A DNA stretch of 38,483 nt from a virus: positions 1 to 38,483 of the IMG/VR virus record IMGVR_UViG_3300044551_000008, one strand, 5' to 3'. Both the position numbers and the translations under genes were made by a program. The notes under the pieces are model-generated. The model saw only the letters and a program-made list of their open reading frames with translations, was not told the DNA's origin and did no database searches. Every line of letters begins with the position of its first letter. The first letter of the stretch is position 1. Shown here one piece after another: positions 12,800 to 21,644 of the stretch.

Positions 12800-13014
12800 T
12801 GCATACACAAATTATGAATGGACGAGAAGTCCTCACAGTTCCAACAGTCACTGGATATAAGCATTATGACTTAGAAAAAAGAGAAGTAGTTGGAGAAGTT
12901 ATTGAATCTACTTATCGAAGAAAAGACGGAACAATGTACATTATCCGCAGATCACGAACAGAACGAGAAAAAGCTGCTATGCTCAATTCGTGCTTGTCTG
13001 ACTGGGGATATTAG
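12799..13014 (+). CDS. Hypothetical protein (71 aa)
   Basis: The start is coupled to the upstream stop (TAATG). Confidence 0.5.
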   Translation: MHTQIMNGREVLTVPTVTGYKHYDLEKREVVGEVIESTYRRKDGTMYIIRRSRTEREKAAMLNSCLSDWGY

Positions 13015-13128
13015 TATGAGCAAACAACAAAAAAGCCCTGCATGGCACGCAGAGCAAGTAGGAAATTCGCCAAAACTTCTACTTAAATTATACCACGAAT
13101 GCCTAAAAATTTGAAATGGAGAATTGAA

Positions 13129-13518
13129 ATGGACTTACAACTTATACCAGTAGATGGCGATGGACAAAGGGTTGACTTGAATCCATCAGCTATAAAAGAT
13201 ATGGACAATATCACACTTACAGAATTTTTAGCTCAGGCAAAGATTATAGCTGACCTTTATAAAAAGGGCGAAACTGAGGTTAAAAAACGGCTTGATGAAG
13301 GTCAACAATTCAATCGTTTGAGTTATGGCGAACCAGCCAAGCGAAGAGTGTTAAAAATGAATAATAAACAGAAGCGTGATTTAGTAATTTCTCGCGGTTG
13401 GGATTGTGTAGAACCTATTCCATTAGGCAAACTAATAGAAAAGTTTGGAAAAGATATAGAAAACGAATTACCAGTAGTAATTACTGAAAATAAAGCACCT
13501 CTTAAATGGGATGCGTGA
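13129..13518 (+). CDS. Hypothetical protein of the recombination module (129 aa)
   Basis: The ATG at 13129 follows TGGAG. It precedes the Sak4-like ATPase. Confidence 0.55.
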   Translation: MDLQLIPVDGDGQRVDLNPSAIKDMDNITLTEFLAQAKIIADLYKKGETEVKKRLDEGQQFNRLSYGEPAKRRVLKMNNKQKRDLVISRGWDCVEPIPLGKLIEKFGKDIENELPVVITENKAPLKWDA

Positions 13519-13526
13519 GGTAAATT

Positions 13527-14246
13527 ATGGCTATAAAAATAACTAAAGCAACTGATATTAATCGAACAGAAAACTGGAGAGTATTATTATACGGCAAGCC
13601 AGGTCTTGGTAAGACAAGTGCAATTAAAGGATTATCTGGAAAAACTTTGGTTCTTGATTTAGACGGCTCGAGTCGTGTCCTTGCAGGCTTAAAAAATGTA
13701 GATGTCATTTCATTTAATAGAGAAGAACCGATTCAATCAATGAAAGAATTCCTCAACGAGTCAAAGAACTTGATTAATGGCTACAATACCCTAGTAATTG
13801 ATAATCTCACAGCATTTGAGAAAGATTGGTTTGTTGCTCGAGGGCTGAATAGTAAGAATGGAATTCGAAATGAAATTCAAGACTATGGAGATTATACAAA
13901 CTATTTTCTAAGACTTATCTCAAAGATATATTCTCTACCAATCAACATTTATGCTACAGCATGGGAATCTAAAAGAGATGTTGATTTAGAGGATGGAACC
14001 AAGCTGACAGAATATATCCCCGATGTCCGCAATCAAGTCTTAAATCAATTACTTGGACTTACTGATGTGGTAGGAAGAATCCAGGTTAACCCAGCAACTC
14101 ACGGAAGAGGGGCAATACTTGAAGGAAGTGACGGTGTCTATGCAAAGAATCGTTTAGATGAGCGGATAGCATGCAAAATCGAAAACTTATTTAAGTTTGG
14201 TCAACAATCAAAACAAGAAAACACAGAAAACGGAGAACAAAAATAA
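13527..14246 (+). CDS. Sak4-like RecA/RadA-fold ATPase (single-strand annealing/recombination protein)
   Basis: Walker A GKPGLGKTS is present, and LVIDNL is Walker B-like. The gene sits before the SSB as in P335 phages. Confidence 0.75.
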   Translation: MAIKITKATDINRTENWRVLLYGKPGLGKTSAIKGLSGKTLVLDLDGSSRVLAGLKNVDVISFNREEPIQSMKEFLNESKNLINGYNTLVIDNLTAFEKDWFVARGLNSKNGIRNEIQDYGDYTNYFLRLISKIYSLPINIYATAWESKRDVDLEDGTKLTEYIPDVRNQVLNQLLGLTDVVGRIQVNPATHGRGAILEGSDGVYAKNRLDERIACKIENLFKFGQQSKQENTENGEQK

Positions 14247-14749
14247 TGAAATTTAACAGAAACGAAATGAGTGCACTTTCAGGACAACAATTCACAGTGG
14301 GAGCGCATCTTGCAACAATTACTGATGTTAAAAATCAACAATCTAAAAATGGCGATCCAATGTTCAAGTTTGATATTGAAGGTAATAATGGAGAAACTGC
14401 AAATAATTGGTTTTTGTTTGGTAAACCTTGGTCAGACGGCAACTTGCAAAGAATCCTTGTAAGCATTGAAGATAACAACCAAACTATTGCGCCGATTGAT
14501 TATGGACACAACGAACAAACACTTAACTTCTTGAAAAATAAACGTGTATTTATTTTAGTAAAAGAACGAACTGGGACATATATTGATAAAAACGGAGATG
14601 AGAAAGCTGCGACAGGTACTGAAATTAAATCTTTCTTGTCACGACCAGAATTTGCTTCTTTCGGTGGAGGTCAGCAAACACAGCAAAAAGCTAATGACCA
14701 ATTTGGTGGGTCACCAATGGAAATTTCAGACGACCAACTACCATTCTAA
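14246..14749 (+). CDS. ssb: Single-stranded DNA-binding protein
   Basis: A Gly/Gln-rich linker and the C-terminal acidic tip DDQLPF are typical SSB features. Confidence 0.75.
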   Translation: MKFNRNEMSALSGQQFTVGAHLATITDVKNQQSKNGDPMFKFDIEGNNGETANNWFLFGKPWSDGNLQRILVSIEDNNQTIAPIDYGHNEQTLNFLKNKRVFILVKERTGTYIDKNGDEKAATGTEIKSFLSRPEFASFGGGQQTQQKANDQFGGSPMEISDDQLPF

Positions 14750-14882
14750 CTAAGTTAGTGCTGGAGGGTGGCGGAACGAGCCGTAAAGTCAATGAGTATT
14801 TAGTGTTTACACATAACCACTCATCGCCAGCTTTTAATTTGAAAAATAAAACTTGAAATAAATATAGAAGAAAGGAGTATTC

Positions 14883-15671
14883 GTGGCACAAAAAAATAAA
14901 ACAAAAATCTATTTTTGGATAAAACTAGATGAAAATTTCTTTAAAAATCTAGCCATTAAAAATTTGAGAAAAACAGTAACTGGTGGAGATACTTTAGTGA
15001 TAATTTACCAGCAAATGTTGTTATCTTCTTTACCTAATAATGGAGTTATCTATTATGAGGGTACTTTACAAGATATAGCTCAAGAAATTGCATTAAATCT
15101 TGATGAAAAGCTTGATGATGTCAGATTGGCTATAGATTATTTCCAAAAAGCAGGTTTGTTGCAAATAGGAGATGACGGAAGTGCAGAAATGCTTCAAGTT
15201 CCAATGCTTATAGGACAAGAAACAAATTGGAACAAATATAAAAGGGATAAAAAGTTGGAAAATTTCCAACCAACTTCCAACCAACTTCCAACTAGTTCCA
15301 ACCAAGCTCCAACAGAGATAGAGTTAGAGAAAGAGAAAGATATAGAGTTAAAGAAAGATATAGAGATTAGAGATATAGATTCAAACTCTTTACTTTCAAA
15401 ATTTCTAGATACTTTCATTAATTTTTCAAGTAAAAACCGTTCAAAACGTGCTGTAGCAACTGCTGAGTTTATAAAACTCCCTTCTTTTCAAAGAGAACAG
15501 GCAGTTATTGGGGCCATGAACTACATACAGTCTTATAAAAACGAACATCCTGATGATGAAATTGGTCAATATAGTGTAAATGCAGTTAATTTCTTGTCCA
15601 ACATGATGTTCATGGATTACCAAGAAGAAGTCAAAGCAGATACAGGATATGATGAGGATTTGGGCTTTTAG
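14883..15671 (+). CDS. rep: Replisome organizer / replication initiator (GTG start)
   Basis: YFWIKLDENFFKN..IIYQQMLL fits the N-terminal domain of phage replisome organizers. The gene contains ori-like repeats internally. Confidence 0.8.
   Translation: MAQKNKTKIYFWIKLDENFFKNLAIKNLRKTVTGGDTLVIIYQQMLLSSLPNNGVIYYEGTLQDIAQEIALNLDEKLDDVRLAIDYFQKAGLLQIGDDGSAEMLQVPMLIGQETNWNKYKRDKKLENFQPTSNQLPTSSNQAPTEIELEKEKDIELKKDIEIRDIDSNSLLSKFLDTFINFSSKNRSKRAVATAEFIKLPSFQREQAVIGAMNYIQSYKNEHPDDEIGQYSVNAVNFLSNMMFMDYQEEVKADTGYDEDLGF
15264..15382. repeat. ori: Origin-like direct repeats inside rep: about 5x 11-bp TTCCAACCAAC, then about 4x GATATAGAG-type repeats
   Basis: Tandem copies of TTCCAAC(C/T)A(A/G) lie at 15264-15317. 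GAGATAGAG/GATATAGAG/GATATAGAT occur at 15315, 15339, 15357 and 15372. Confidence 0.7.
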
Positions 15672-15680
15672 GAGAAATAT

Positions 15681-16565
15681 ATGCAGTCAATGGCAGATGG
15701 AATCCGAGAGTTCCATAAAAAGAGAGAAGTTAAAACAGGTCTATTTTGTGAAAAACATCAACAAACCGAACTTGTTAGATATAAACATCCAGTAAGTATA
15801 GATTATGATCCGTTGATTCATGGCGAGTTAGTTGATGGTTTGCAGGTAACCTCAATGAGTTATTGTACAGAATGTGCTAAAGAGGGAATATACCAACATC
15901 ACCAACAATCAAGTGCTGAGCGAAGAGCAAATGAAGATTTCTTGAATAAAAGTAAGTATGGAAAATATAGCTTGCTTAAAACACAAAGCCTTGTAGGCAA
16001 GAAATCACTCTGGTTTGCACGTTTCAATACTTTTAAGGCAAATGGCTTAGAAGAGCAAAACGTGTTAAATCAAGCCCAAAGAATAGCCAGAGAGTACACT
16101 CAAGGTCAGAGGTTTAACACTGTGTTTGTTGGCGGAGCTGGTAGAGGGAAATCTCACTTAGCAATGGCCATCTTGCAAGAAGTAAATGAAAACCTTAAAG
16201 ATAATAAATTCTCAACATTGTTTATCAATATTAGTGAATTAATTCGAGAAATTAAAAATAGTTGGAATTACTCTGATACCAAAGCAGAAGAAGAACGACT
16301 GACAACATTAATGCGAACAGTTGATTTGCTTGTTATTGATGATTTAGGAACTGAAAGCACGTTTTCTAAAGATAATAGTTGGGTACAGGGTGTTATTTAC
16401 AATATTTACAACGCAAGAGAAGGTAATACGATTATCACATCAAATCTTACTGGTAAAGAAATGCGTTCATCTTATGACGATAAAATAGTTTCTCGAATCA
16501 TGGAAGGCTCAAAAAATAGCGTTATTAAATTTGAGGGAATTACTGACAAGAGGAAAAGTAAATGA
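15681..16565 (+). CDS. DnaC/IstB-like AAA+ helicase loader
   Basis: Walker A GGAGRGKSHLAMAI, Walker B LLVIDDLG, and an N-terminal Cys-rich region. Confidence 0.8.
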   Translation: MQSMADGIREFHKKREVKTGLFCEKHQQTELVRYKHPVSIDYDPLIHGELVDGLQVTSMSYCTECAKEGIYQHHQQSSAERRANEDFLNKSKYGKYSLLKTQSLVGKKSLWFARFNTFKANGLEEQNVLNQAQRIAREYTQGQRFNTVFVGGAGRGKSHLAMAILQEVNENLKDNKFSTLFINISELIREIKNSWNYSDTKAEEERLTTLMRTVDLLVIDDLGTESTFSKDNSWVQGVIYNIYNAREGNTIITSNLTGKEMRSSYDDKIVSRIMEGSKNSVIKFEGITDKRKSK

Positions 16566-16729
16566 AAACAATAATCATTGAGCAGTGGGAAAACGAGCAT
16601 TACCCACTCGGAAGAATTAAAAAGCAGAAGCTGGCAGAGAAAACTGAGCATGAGATTATTTTTATCCTTAATCGTATGGCTCAGATGCCTGCAATTGCTA
16701 GATTTGGAGAAGCAAGTGAAATTTCTTGA
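16562..16729 (+). CDS. Hypothetical protein (55 aa)
   Basis: ATGA overlap with the DnaC-like stop. The product is MKTIIIEQWENEHYPLGR.... It explains the region better than the 16578 N-terminal extension of the MTase ORF. Confidence 0.45.
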   Translation: MKTIIIEQWENEHYPLGRIKKQKLAEKTEHEIIFILNRMAQMPAIARFGEASEIS

Positions 16730-18176
16730 TTTATTTGCCGGAATTGGTGGATTTAGACTTGGACTTGAGCAAGCCGGACATGAATGTGTAGGATTTTGCG
16801 AAATCGATAAGTTTGCCCGGCAGAGTTACAAAGCAATTCACAACACAGAAGGAGAACGAGAATATCATGACATTACAACAGTCAGCAATGAAGAGTGGAG
16901 AACCTTACGCGGAACAGTTGAGCTTATTTGCGGAGGATTCCCTTGCCAAGCTTTCTCCATCGCAGGTAAAAGAAAAGGATTCCTTGATGAAACTCGTGGA
17001 ACGCTATTCTTCGAGATTGCCAGAGCGGCTGAACAAATCAAACCACGGACTTTATTCCTTGAAAACGTTAGAGGGCTTTTATCTCACGACAAAGGGCGAA
17101 CTTTTAGAACTATCATATCCACCCTTGATGAATTGGGGTACGATGCAGAATGGCAGATACTTAACAGCAAAAATTTCGGAGTTCCACAAAACCGAGAACG
17201 GGTGTTCATTATCGGACATCTTAGAGGAGAACGTGGACGAGAAGTATTTCCTATCAGAGGAAAAGACGAATACCTTGATTCAAAAATAATGGTTTTAAAC
17301 AAAGAAAACGGAATGCCTCGTGAAACTAATCGTGTTTATTCGCCAGAAGGATTAAGCCCAACTTTAAATACAATGCAAGGCGGAGGACGAGAACCAAAGA
17401 TAATGGTAGAAGGAAATATTTATCCTTCTAATGGGCAAAATGGCAACGTATATAACCCAAAAGGCTTATCTCCTACATTGTCTAGTGGGACTACTGGAAA
17501 CAGCAAGAATAGAGGTATAGGTAGTAACAATGCACCAAAAATATTAGTAAATGTAAATCCAAGTGGGAATGGTATGAATGGAAATGTTTATGATTCAAAT
17601 GCTTTAGCACCTACCTTGACAACTAATAAAGGCGAAGGGCCTAAGATTGCAATTCCAGTTTTAACTCCTGACAGAGCAGAAAAAAGGCAAAACGGTAGAA
17701 GATTTAAAGAAGATGGTGACCCAATGTTTACTTTAACCGCTCAAGATAGACATGGTGTAGCAGTTAAAGAAGCGACAAAGCAAGGATTTGCAATTGCTAA
17801 CCTTGGAGATAGTATCAATCTTTCAGTTCCCAACTCAAAAACAAGACGTGGCAGAGTTGGCAAACAGGTTGCTCAAACCTTAGATACCTCTTGTAACCAA
17901 GCAGTTATTGTTCAAAAACCAAGAGGATTTAACAAAGGTGGAGAACATGAAGTTGCCCCGACATTATCGTCTAATTCTTGGCACGAAAATAATTTGCTGA
18001 AATCAGGCATAAGAATTAGAAAGCTGACACCTCGTGAATGTTGGCGACTGCAAGGTTTTCCTGATTGGGCTTTTGATAAAGCACAAGAAGTAAATTCAAA
18101 TAGTCAGTTATACAAACAAGCTGGAAATAGTGTGACGGTACCAGTGATTTACGAAATAGCAAGGAGATTTGAATGA
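16716..18176 (+). CDS. DNA (cytosine-5)-methyltransferase with an enlarged, internally repeated target-recognition region (likely multispecific)
   Basis: The GTG at 16716 follows GGAG. Motifs present: I DLFAGIGG, IV GFPCQAFS, VI ENV, VIII QNRERVF, IX RKLTPRE, X GNSV. The variable region carries four xPTLxx repeats. Confidence 0.85.
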   Translation: MKFLDLFAGIGGFRLGLEQAGHECVGFCEIDKFARQSYKAIHNTEGEREYHDITTVSNEEWRTLRGTVELICGGFPCQAFSIAGKRKGFLDETRGTLFFEIARAAEQIKPRTLFLENVRGLLSHDKGRTFRTIISTLDELGYDAEWQILNSKNFGVPQNRERVFIIGHLRGERGREVFPIRGKDEYLDSKIMVLNKENGMPRETNRVYSPEGLSPTLNTMQGGGREPKIMVEGNIYPSNGQNGNVYNPKGLSPTLSSGTTGNSKNRGIGSNNAPKILVNVNPSGNGMNGNVYDSNALAPTLTTNKGEGPKIAIPVLTPDRAEKRQNGRRFKEDGDPMFTLTAQDRHGVAVKEATKQGFAIANLGDSINLSVPNSKTRRGRVGKQVAQTLDTSCNQAVIVQKPRGFNKGGEHEVAPTLSSNSWHENNLLKSGIRIRKLTPRECWRLQGFPDWAFDKAQEVNSNSQLYKQAGNSVTVPVIYEIARRFE

Positions 18177-18562
18177 AGTTTGAATTTGAATTGGATAAAA
18201 TGCCAACTACTCAGCAGCAAAAAGGCATTAAAAAAGTGAAAGGGAAACTTCAATTCTATGACCGTAGAGGGACAAAAAACTACAGCCTTAAAGCTCAACT
18301 CATGAAAAATAAACCGAAAGAGTGCTTTGAAAAAAACGTTCCTTTGAAGCTATCCGTTACTTTCTTCTACGCTATCAAGCAAAAAAAGCGTTGGTGGCAA
18401 TGGAAAACAAGCAGACCTGACTTAGACAATCTTATGAAGAACTTACAAGATTATATGACTAAGTTGCGTTATTACAGTGACGACAGCCAGATTGTATGGC
18501 TTGAAGCTAAAAAGGTTAATGACGAGAAAAACAGAATAGAAATTGAAATTACAGAGGTGTAA
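18173..18562 (+). CDS. rusA: RusA-family Holliday junction resolvase
   Basis: PDLDNLMKNLQDYMT..YSDDSQIV matches the RusA signature. Confidence 0.8.
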   Translation: MKFEFELDKMPTTQQQKGIKKVKGKLQFYDRRGTKNYSLKAQLMKNKPKECFEKNVPLKLSVTFFYAIKQKKRWWQWKTSRPDLDNLMKNLQDYMTKLRYYSDDSQIVWLEAKKVNDEKNRIEIEITEV

Positions 18563-18565
18563 ACC

Positions 18566-18814
18566 ATGATTAACATGATTAAAACAAATTTTGGCACTTT
18601 GAAAAAGATGTATGGATTGGCAAGAAATAATAATTTCAACGCTAACCACAAAGAATTGTCTGTGAAAATCAGCGGTCGAACTAAGCACAATCACGAACTT
18701 TCTCAGCTTTACTTAGATATTTGCAATAAATACAACCATTCAAAGCAAATGAAATGGAAAGATTTATACAAAATACTTGAAGAATTGACCAAAGATAAAC
18801 AAATAGAACTGTAA
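18566..18814 (+). CDS. Hypothetical protein (82 aa)
   Basis: ORF in the early operon, with GAGGTG upstream. Confidence 0.5.
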   Translation: MINMIKTNFGTLKKMYGLARNNNFNANHKELSVKISGRTKHNHELSQLYLDICNKYNHSKQMKWKDLYKILEELTKDKQIEL

Positions 18815-18926
18815 TAGCTCTAATTCATGAAAATTACGGTTACATTGAGCGCTTAAACCACTTCATGGATAATTTAATCACGAACAAGCTAAAAGCGCTT
18901 AGAAGCTAAAATATGAGGTATAAGTT

Positions 18927-19217
18927 ATGTCAATGGAAGACTATGAAATGTTTGAAATGCCGCCTACTGAGCGAAGAATCGTTCATCGAATTACAGAAAA
19001 AGAAAAACAGGAATTCGGAGAAGAACATTCCAAACGTTATGGTTTTGGTTCAGTAAAACAATGGCGAACTGTAATGATGATTGAAGCCAACCTTGGTTAT
19101 AAATTCAGTGGTTCAAGCTATTGGGATTTAAAATATTTTATCAGTAAATATTTTGAGAGTGCTAAACGTGAGACTTTTGAATTAAGTGGCGGGAGTCTTG
19201 GTGGTGATTTTTATTAA
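18927..19217 (+). CDS. Hypothetical protein (96 aa)
   Basis: ORF with TGAGGT upstream. Confidence 0.5.
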   Translation: MSMEDYEMFEMPPTERRIVHRITEKEKQEFGEEHSKRYGFGSVKQWRTVMMIEANLGYKFSGSSYWDLKYFISKYFESAKRETFELSGGSLGGDFY

Positions 19218-19238
19218 TAAATTTGAAAGGCTTTAATT

Positions 19239-19403
19239 ATGGGATATTACGACACAAGAAATGAAGCTAGGCGAATCAGTAAGCTTGCTAGTCAAAATAT
19301 ATCGAGTGAGCAAACCAAAAAAGAATTTGAATTAGATAGACAAAGCAAGTTTAATCAGGAAATGCAAGCTGAGTTTCACGAAAAAATTAAAAAATTAGGA
19401 TAA
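19239..19403 (+). CDS. Hypothetical protein (54 aa)
   Basis: It fills the gap between neighbouring genes and is below the ORF-track cutoff. The RBS is weak. Confidence 0.35.
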   Translation: MGYYDTRNEARRISKLASQNISSEQTKKEFELDRQSKFNQEMQAEFHEKIKKLG

Positions 19404-19407
19404 AAAA

Positions 19408-19977
19408 ATGGTAGTTAAAGTCTTTGATGCTTATATTGAAGGCGAAAAAAAAGCAACCGGAACAATTGACGAGATAGCCGATTACTTTGATATTTCCCGC
19501 AACTCTATCTCATTATGGATAAAGAATGGGAAAGACCCTAAAAAAGCTAACCCTAAATATAAGCACGCTATTTTAAATAAAGAAAAAACTAAAGAGCTTA
19601 TGGAACAAAAGAAAAAAGAAGAGCGCAAACTTCCCGCTTCTGTTTATGATTATTATGACAAAGGGGAATTCATAATGACAGGAACTGCTCGAGAAATTTC
19701 TCAATTTTTAAAGATTGGCAAACATAACGTATATTCATATATCCAAGTTGGTAAGCACGCTTTTGATTACAGAAAAACAAGAAAACATGCGATTTTAAAC
19801 GAAGCAGAAACTAGAAAAAGATTTCCATTGCTTTCAGTCTCATCAGAAGAAGAACTTATTGAAACAAAAGAAAAAGAACGTAGAAAGCACGAAACAAAAG
19901 AAGAACGTAGGTTGCGAAGAAATATCAGAGCGCAAATGGCAATCGAAAACTCAAGAAAAGAAGAATTAGGATTATAG
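19408..19977 (+). CDS. Putative DNA-binding protein with a tandemly duplicated HTH-like module
   Basis: Two roughly 75-aa halves share TGT..EI..(Y/F)..I..(I/V)...I..GK...(K/R)KHAILN. The C-terminal tail is basic. Confidence 0.55.
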   Translation: MVVKVFDAYIEGEKKATGTIDEIADYFDISRNSISLWIKNGKDPKKANPKYKHAILNKEKTKELMEQKKKEERKLPASVYDYYDKGEFIMTGTAREISQFLKIGKHNVYSYIQVGKHAFDYRKTRKHAILNEAETRKRFPLLSVSSEEELIETKEKERRKHETKEERRLRRNIRAQMAIENSRKEELGL

Positions 19978-19987
19978 GAGCAGCTAG

Positions 19988-20248
19988 ATGAAACTAAGCG
20001 AATTTGAATCAGTCGGAGAAGTTGTTTTGGTTAAAGAGCCAGCTTGGAGCACAGTACAGGCAAACCTCAACCAGTTTTGTGACTCAAAAGACGGAGATTT
20101 ATTATACACAAAGAAAGTTGCTCAAGAGTACGCAAAAGCAAATTGTTGGGAGTTGATTAACTGGTATGTTGAAACTACTGGTGACGTTAACCACGCAGCA
20201 GAAATGAAAATATGGATGGATGATGAATTTGGAGGACACGAAAAATGA
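19988..20248 (+). CDS. Hypothetical protein (86 aa)
   Basis: ORF with GGAGCAG upstream. Confidence 0.5.
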   Translation: MKLSEFESVGEVVLVKEPAWSTVQANLNQFCDSKDGDLLYTKKVAQEYAKANCWELINWYVETTGDVNHAAEMKIWMDDEFGGHEK

Positions 20249-20769
20249 CTAAGTTTGAAGAAGAATTTAACTACTTGATTGAATTATCAGGAAAAGTATT
20301 ACTTGGACAAGTAGATGCTGAAACATTTAAAAAAAACAGAATTGCATTTTTTGAAAAGTATGAAACAGACCAACAGCAAGCCCTGCCAGTCTTGCCTGAA
20401 GATGTTGCTGAGTGGATAGAAATATTAAAAACTAAAGGCCTTAAACCACTAAAAAATCCAGAAACATACGGAGAAACTGGCTTTACAGAAGAAACACTAC
20501 AAAATATTGTATTTTGGATTTCTGAACACCAAGAAGATTATATGCGTGCATGGCTAGACGGCTACACAGTCGAAAAACCGCAGCTGTTCTATTTGAAGGC
20601 TAAAGAGTTGCTAGTAGTCGGTGATTATGATCATGTTGAGGATTTATGGCTTGATTGTAATAAAAATTTTACTCCTAAAAAACAAGATGCTCATAAATTC
20701 ACCCAGCAAGAAATCGACAGCATGCAAACTGGAAGCTATGAGCTTGTGCCTGTGGAGGACGGAGAATGA
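20245..20769 (+). CDS. DUF1642-like phage protein
   Basis: LPVLPEDVAEWIEILK resembles the conserved core I recall for DUF1642 of lactococcal and streptococcal phages. Confidence 0.5.
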   Translation: MTKFEEEFNYLIELSGKVLLGQVDAETFKKNRIAFFEKYETDQQQALPVLPEDVAEWIEILKTKGLKPLKNPETYGETGFTEETLQNIVFWISEHQEDYMRAWLDGYTVEKPQLFYLKAKELLVVGDYDHVEDLWLDCNKNFTPKKQDAHKFTQQEIDSMQTGSYELVPVEDGE

Positions 20770-21458
20770 CAATTACTGAGCAGCAATTCTATGACATGCT
20801 CAATGTTGATGAACATATGAATTTCACAAATCGAATTCAAGAACTTGTTTTTGATAAAAAAGGGCGTGAAGAATTTTACTCTAAAATCTTAAATATCCAC
20901 CATGACATGGGAGTTGATTTCTTTAGGGACTATTTTATGGCTCATTCAGCTGTTTCAGCAAAAGGTCAGCATTATACACCAGATGAACTTGGTAAGCTCA
21001 CAGCGTTGCTTGTAGGTGGTTCTGGAGGTGCTGATTTAACTGGAGCAGGAACAGGAACTCTAATCATTCAAAAATGGCAAGATGACCGAATGAATACAGA
21101 CTTTTTTAACTATTTACCGAGTAACTATTGGTATCAGGCATTAGAATTATCAGATGAAGCTATTTCATTCTTGATTCATGCTTTTGCAATTCGAGGAATG
21201 AATGGTGTAATCATTCATGGTGATGCATTGGAAATGGCCGTGAAACAAGTTTATTTCATTCAAAACAGTGCTAATAATCCGATTGGTTTCTCAGAGATAA
21301 ATGTTATCCCTCACAGCAAAGATGCAATGGAATTTTTAGGGATTCATGAATGGACGGAACAGGCAATTGAACATATTGAAAGTAAATTTCCTGACTGGAT
21401 TCCACTCACAGAAGAAAGGGAAAGTCAAATTAGCCTGTTTGATGAGTTCTCAAAATGA
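20766..21458 (+). CDS. N6-adenine methyltransferase-like protein (SAM-binding region present, catalytic motif IV atypical)
   Basis: GQHYTPDELGKL (motif X-like), DLTGAGTGTL (motif I) and ..IHGDAL are present. NNPIGF stands where (D/N)PP(Y/F) is expected. The product is only 230 aa. Confidence 0.55.
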   Translation: MTITEQQFYDMLNVDEHMNFTNRIQELVFDKKGREEFYSKILNIHHDMGVDFFRDYFMAHSAVSAKGQHYTPDELGKLTALLVGGSGGADLTGAGTGTLIIQKWQDDRMNTDFFNYLPSNYWYQALELSDEAISFLIHAFAIRGMNGVIIHGDALEMAVKQVYFIQNSANNPIGFSEINVIPHSKDAMEFLGIHEWTEQAIEHIESKFPDWIPLTEERESQISLFDEFSK

Positions 21459-21507
21459 CAGACAAACTAATATCGCTGGTCAATGACTAGTGGGGAGGGA
21501 TTGAATG

Positions 21508-21587
21508 AAAAAAAAGCCCAAGCTGACCAAGCTTGAGCGGTTGTTGTAAAAATTATTAGTTACTATTGAATGGTCACATTCATTATA
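21508..21587 (-). ncRNA. - strand mini-cassette A: TATAAT promoter + ~67-nt RNA + terminator
   Basis: - strand TATAAT at 21582-21587. Hairpin at 21516-21538 followed on the - strand by T8 (21508-21515). Confidence 0.45.
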
Positions 21588-21644
21588 CTACTGATTAATT
21601 GATGACTATAAAATTTGATTTATTAAAAAATCTTTAACTATAAC

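Noticed and set aside
13016-13114. A 32-aa ORF (MSKQQKSPAWHAEQVG...) between 12799-13014 and 13129-13518.
   Set aside because: It has no convincing RBS and no recognisable features. It is possibly real, but it is unsupported.
16578-17289. The 46-aa N-terminal extension of the methyltransferase ORF (16578-16715), and the alternative-frame ORF 16813-17289.
   Set aside because: Motif I starts right after the GTG at 16716, which has a GGAG RBS. The upstream stretch is better explained by the coupled 55-aa ORF at 16562-16729. The alternative frame sits inside conserved MTase motifs.
21505-21549. A 14-codon micro-ORF (MKKKPKLTKLERLL) with a strong SD (GGGGAGGG) covering hairpin A.
   Set aside because: The paralogous unit B has no start codon, and the compensatory stem changes argue for selection on structure rather than on a peptide. 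It cannot be fully excluded.
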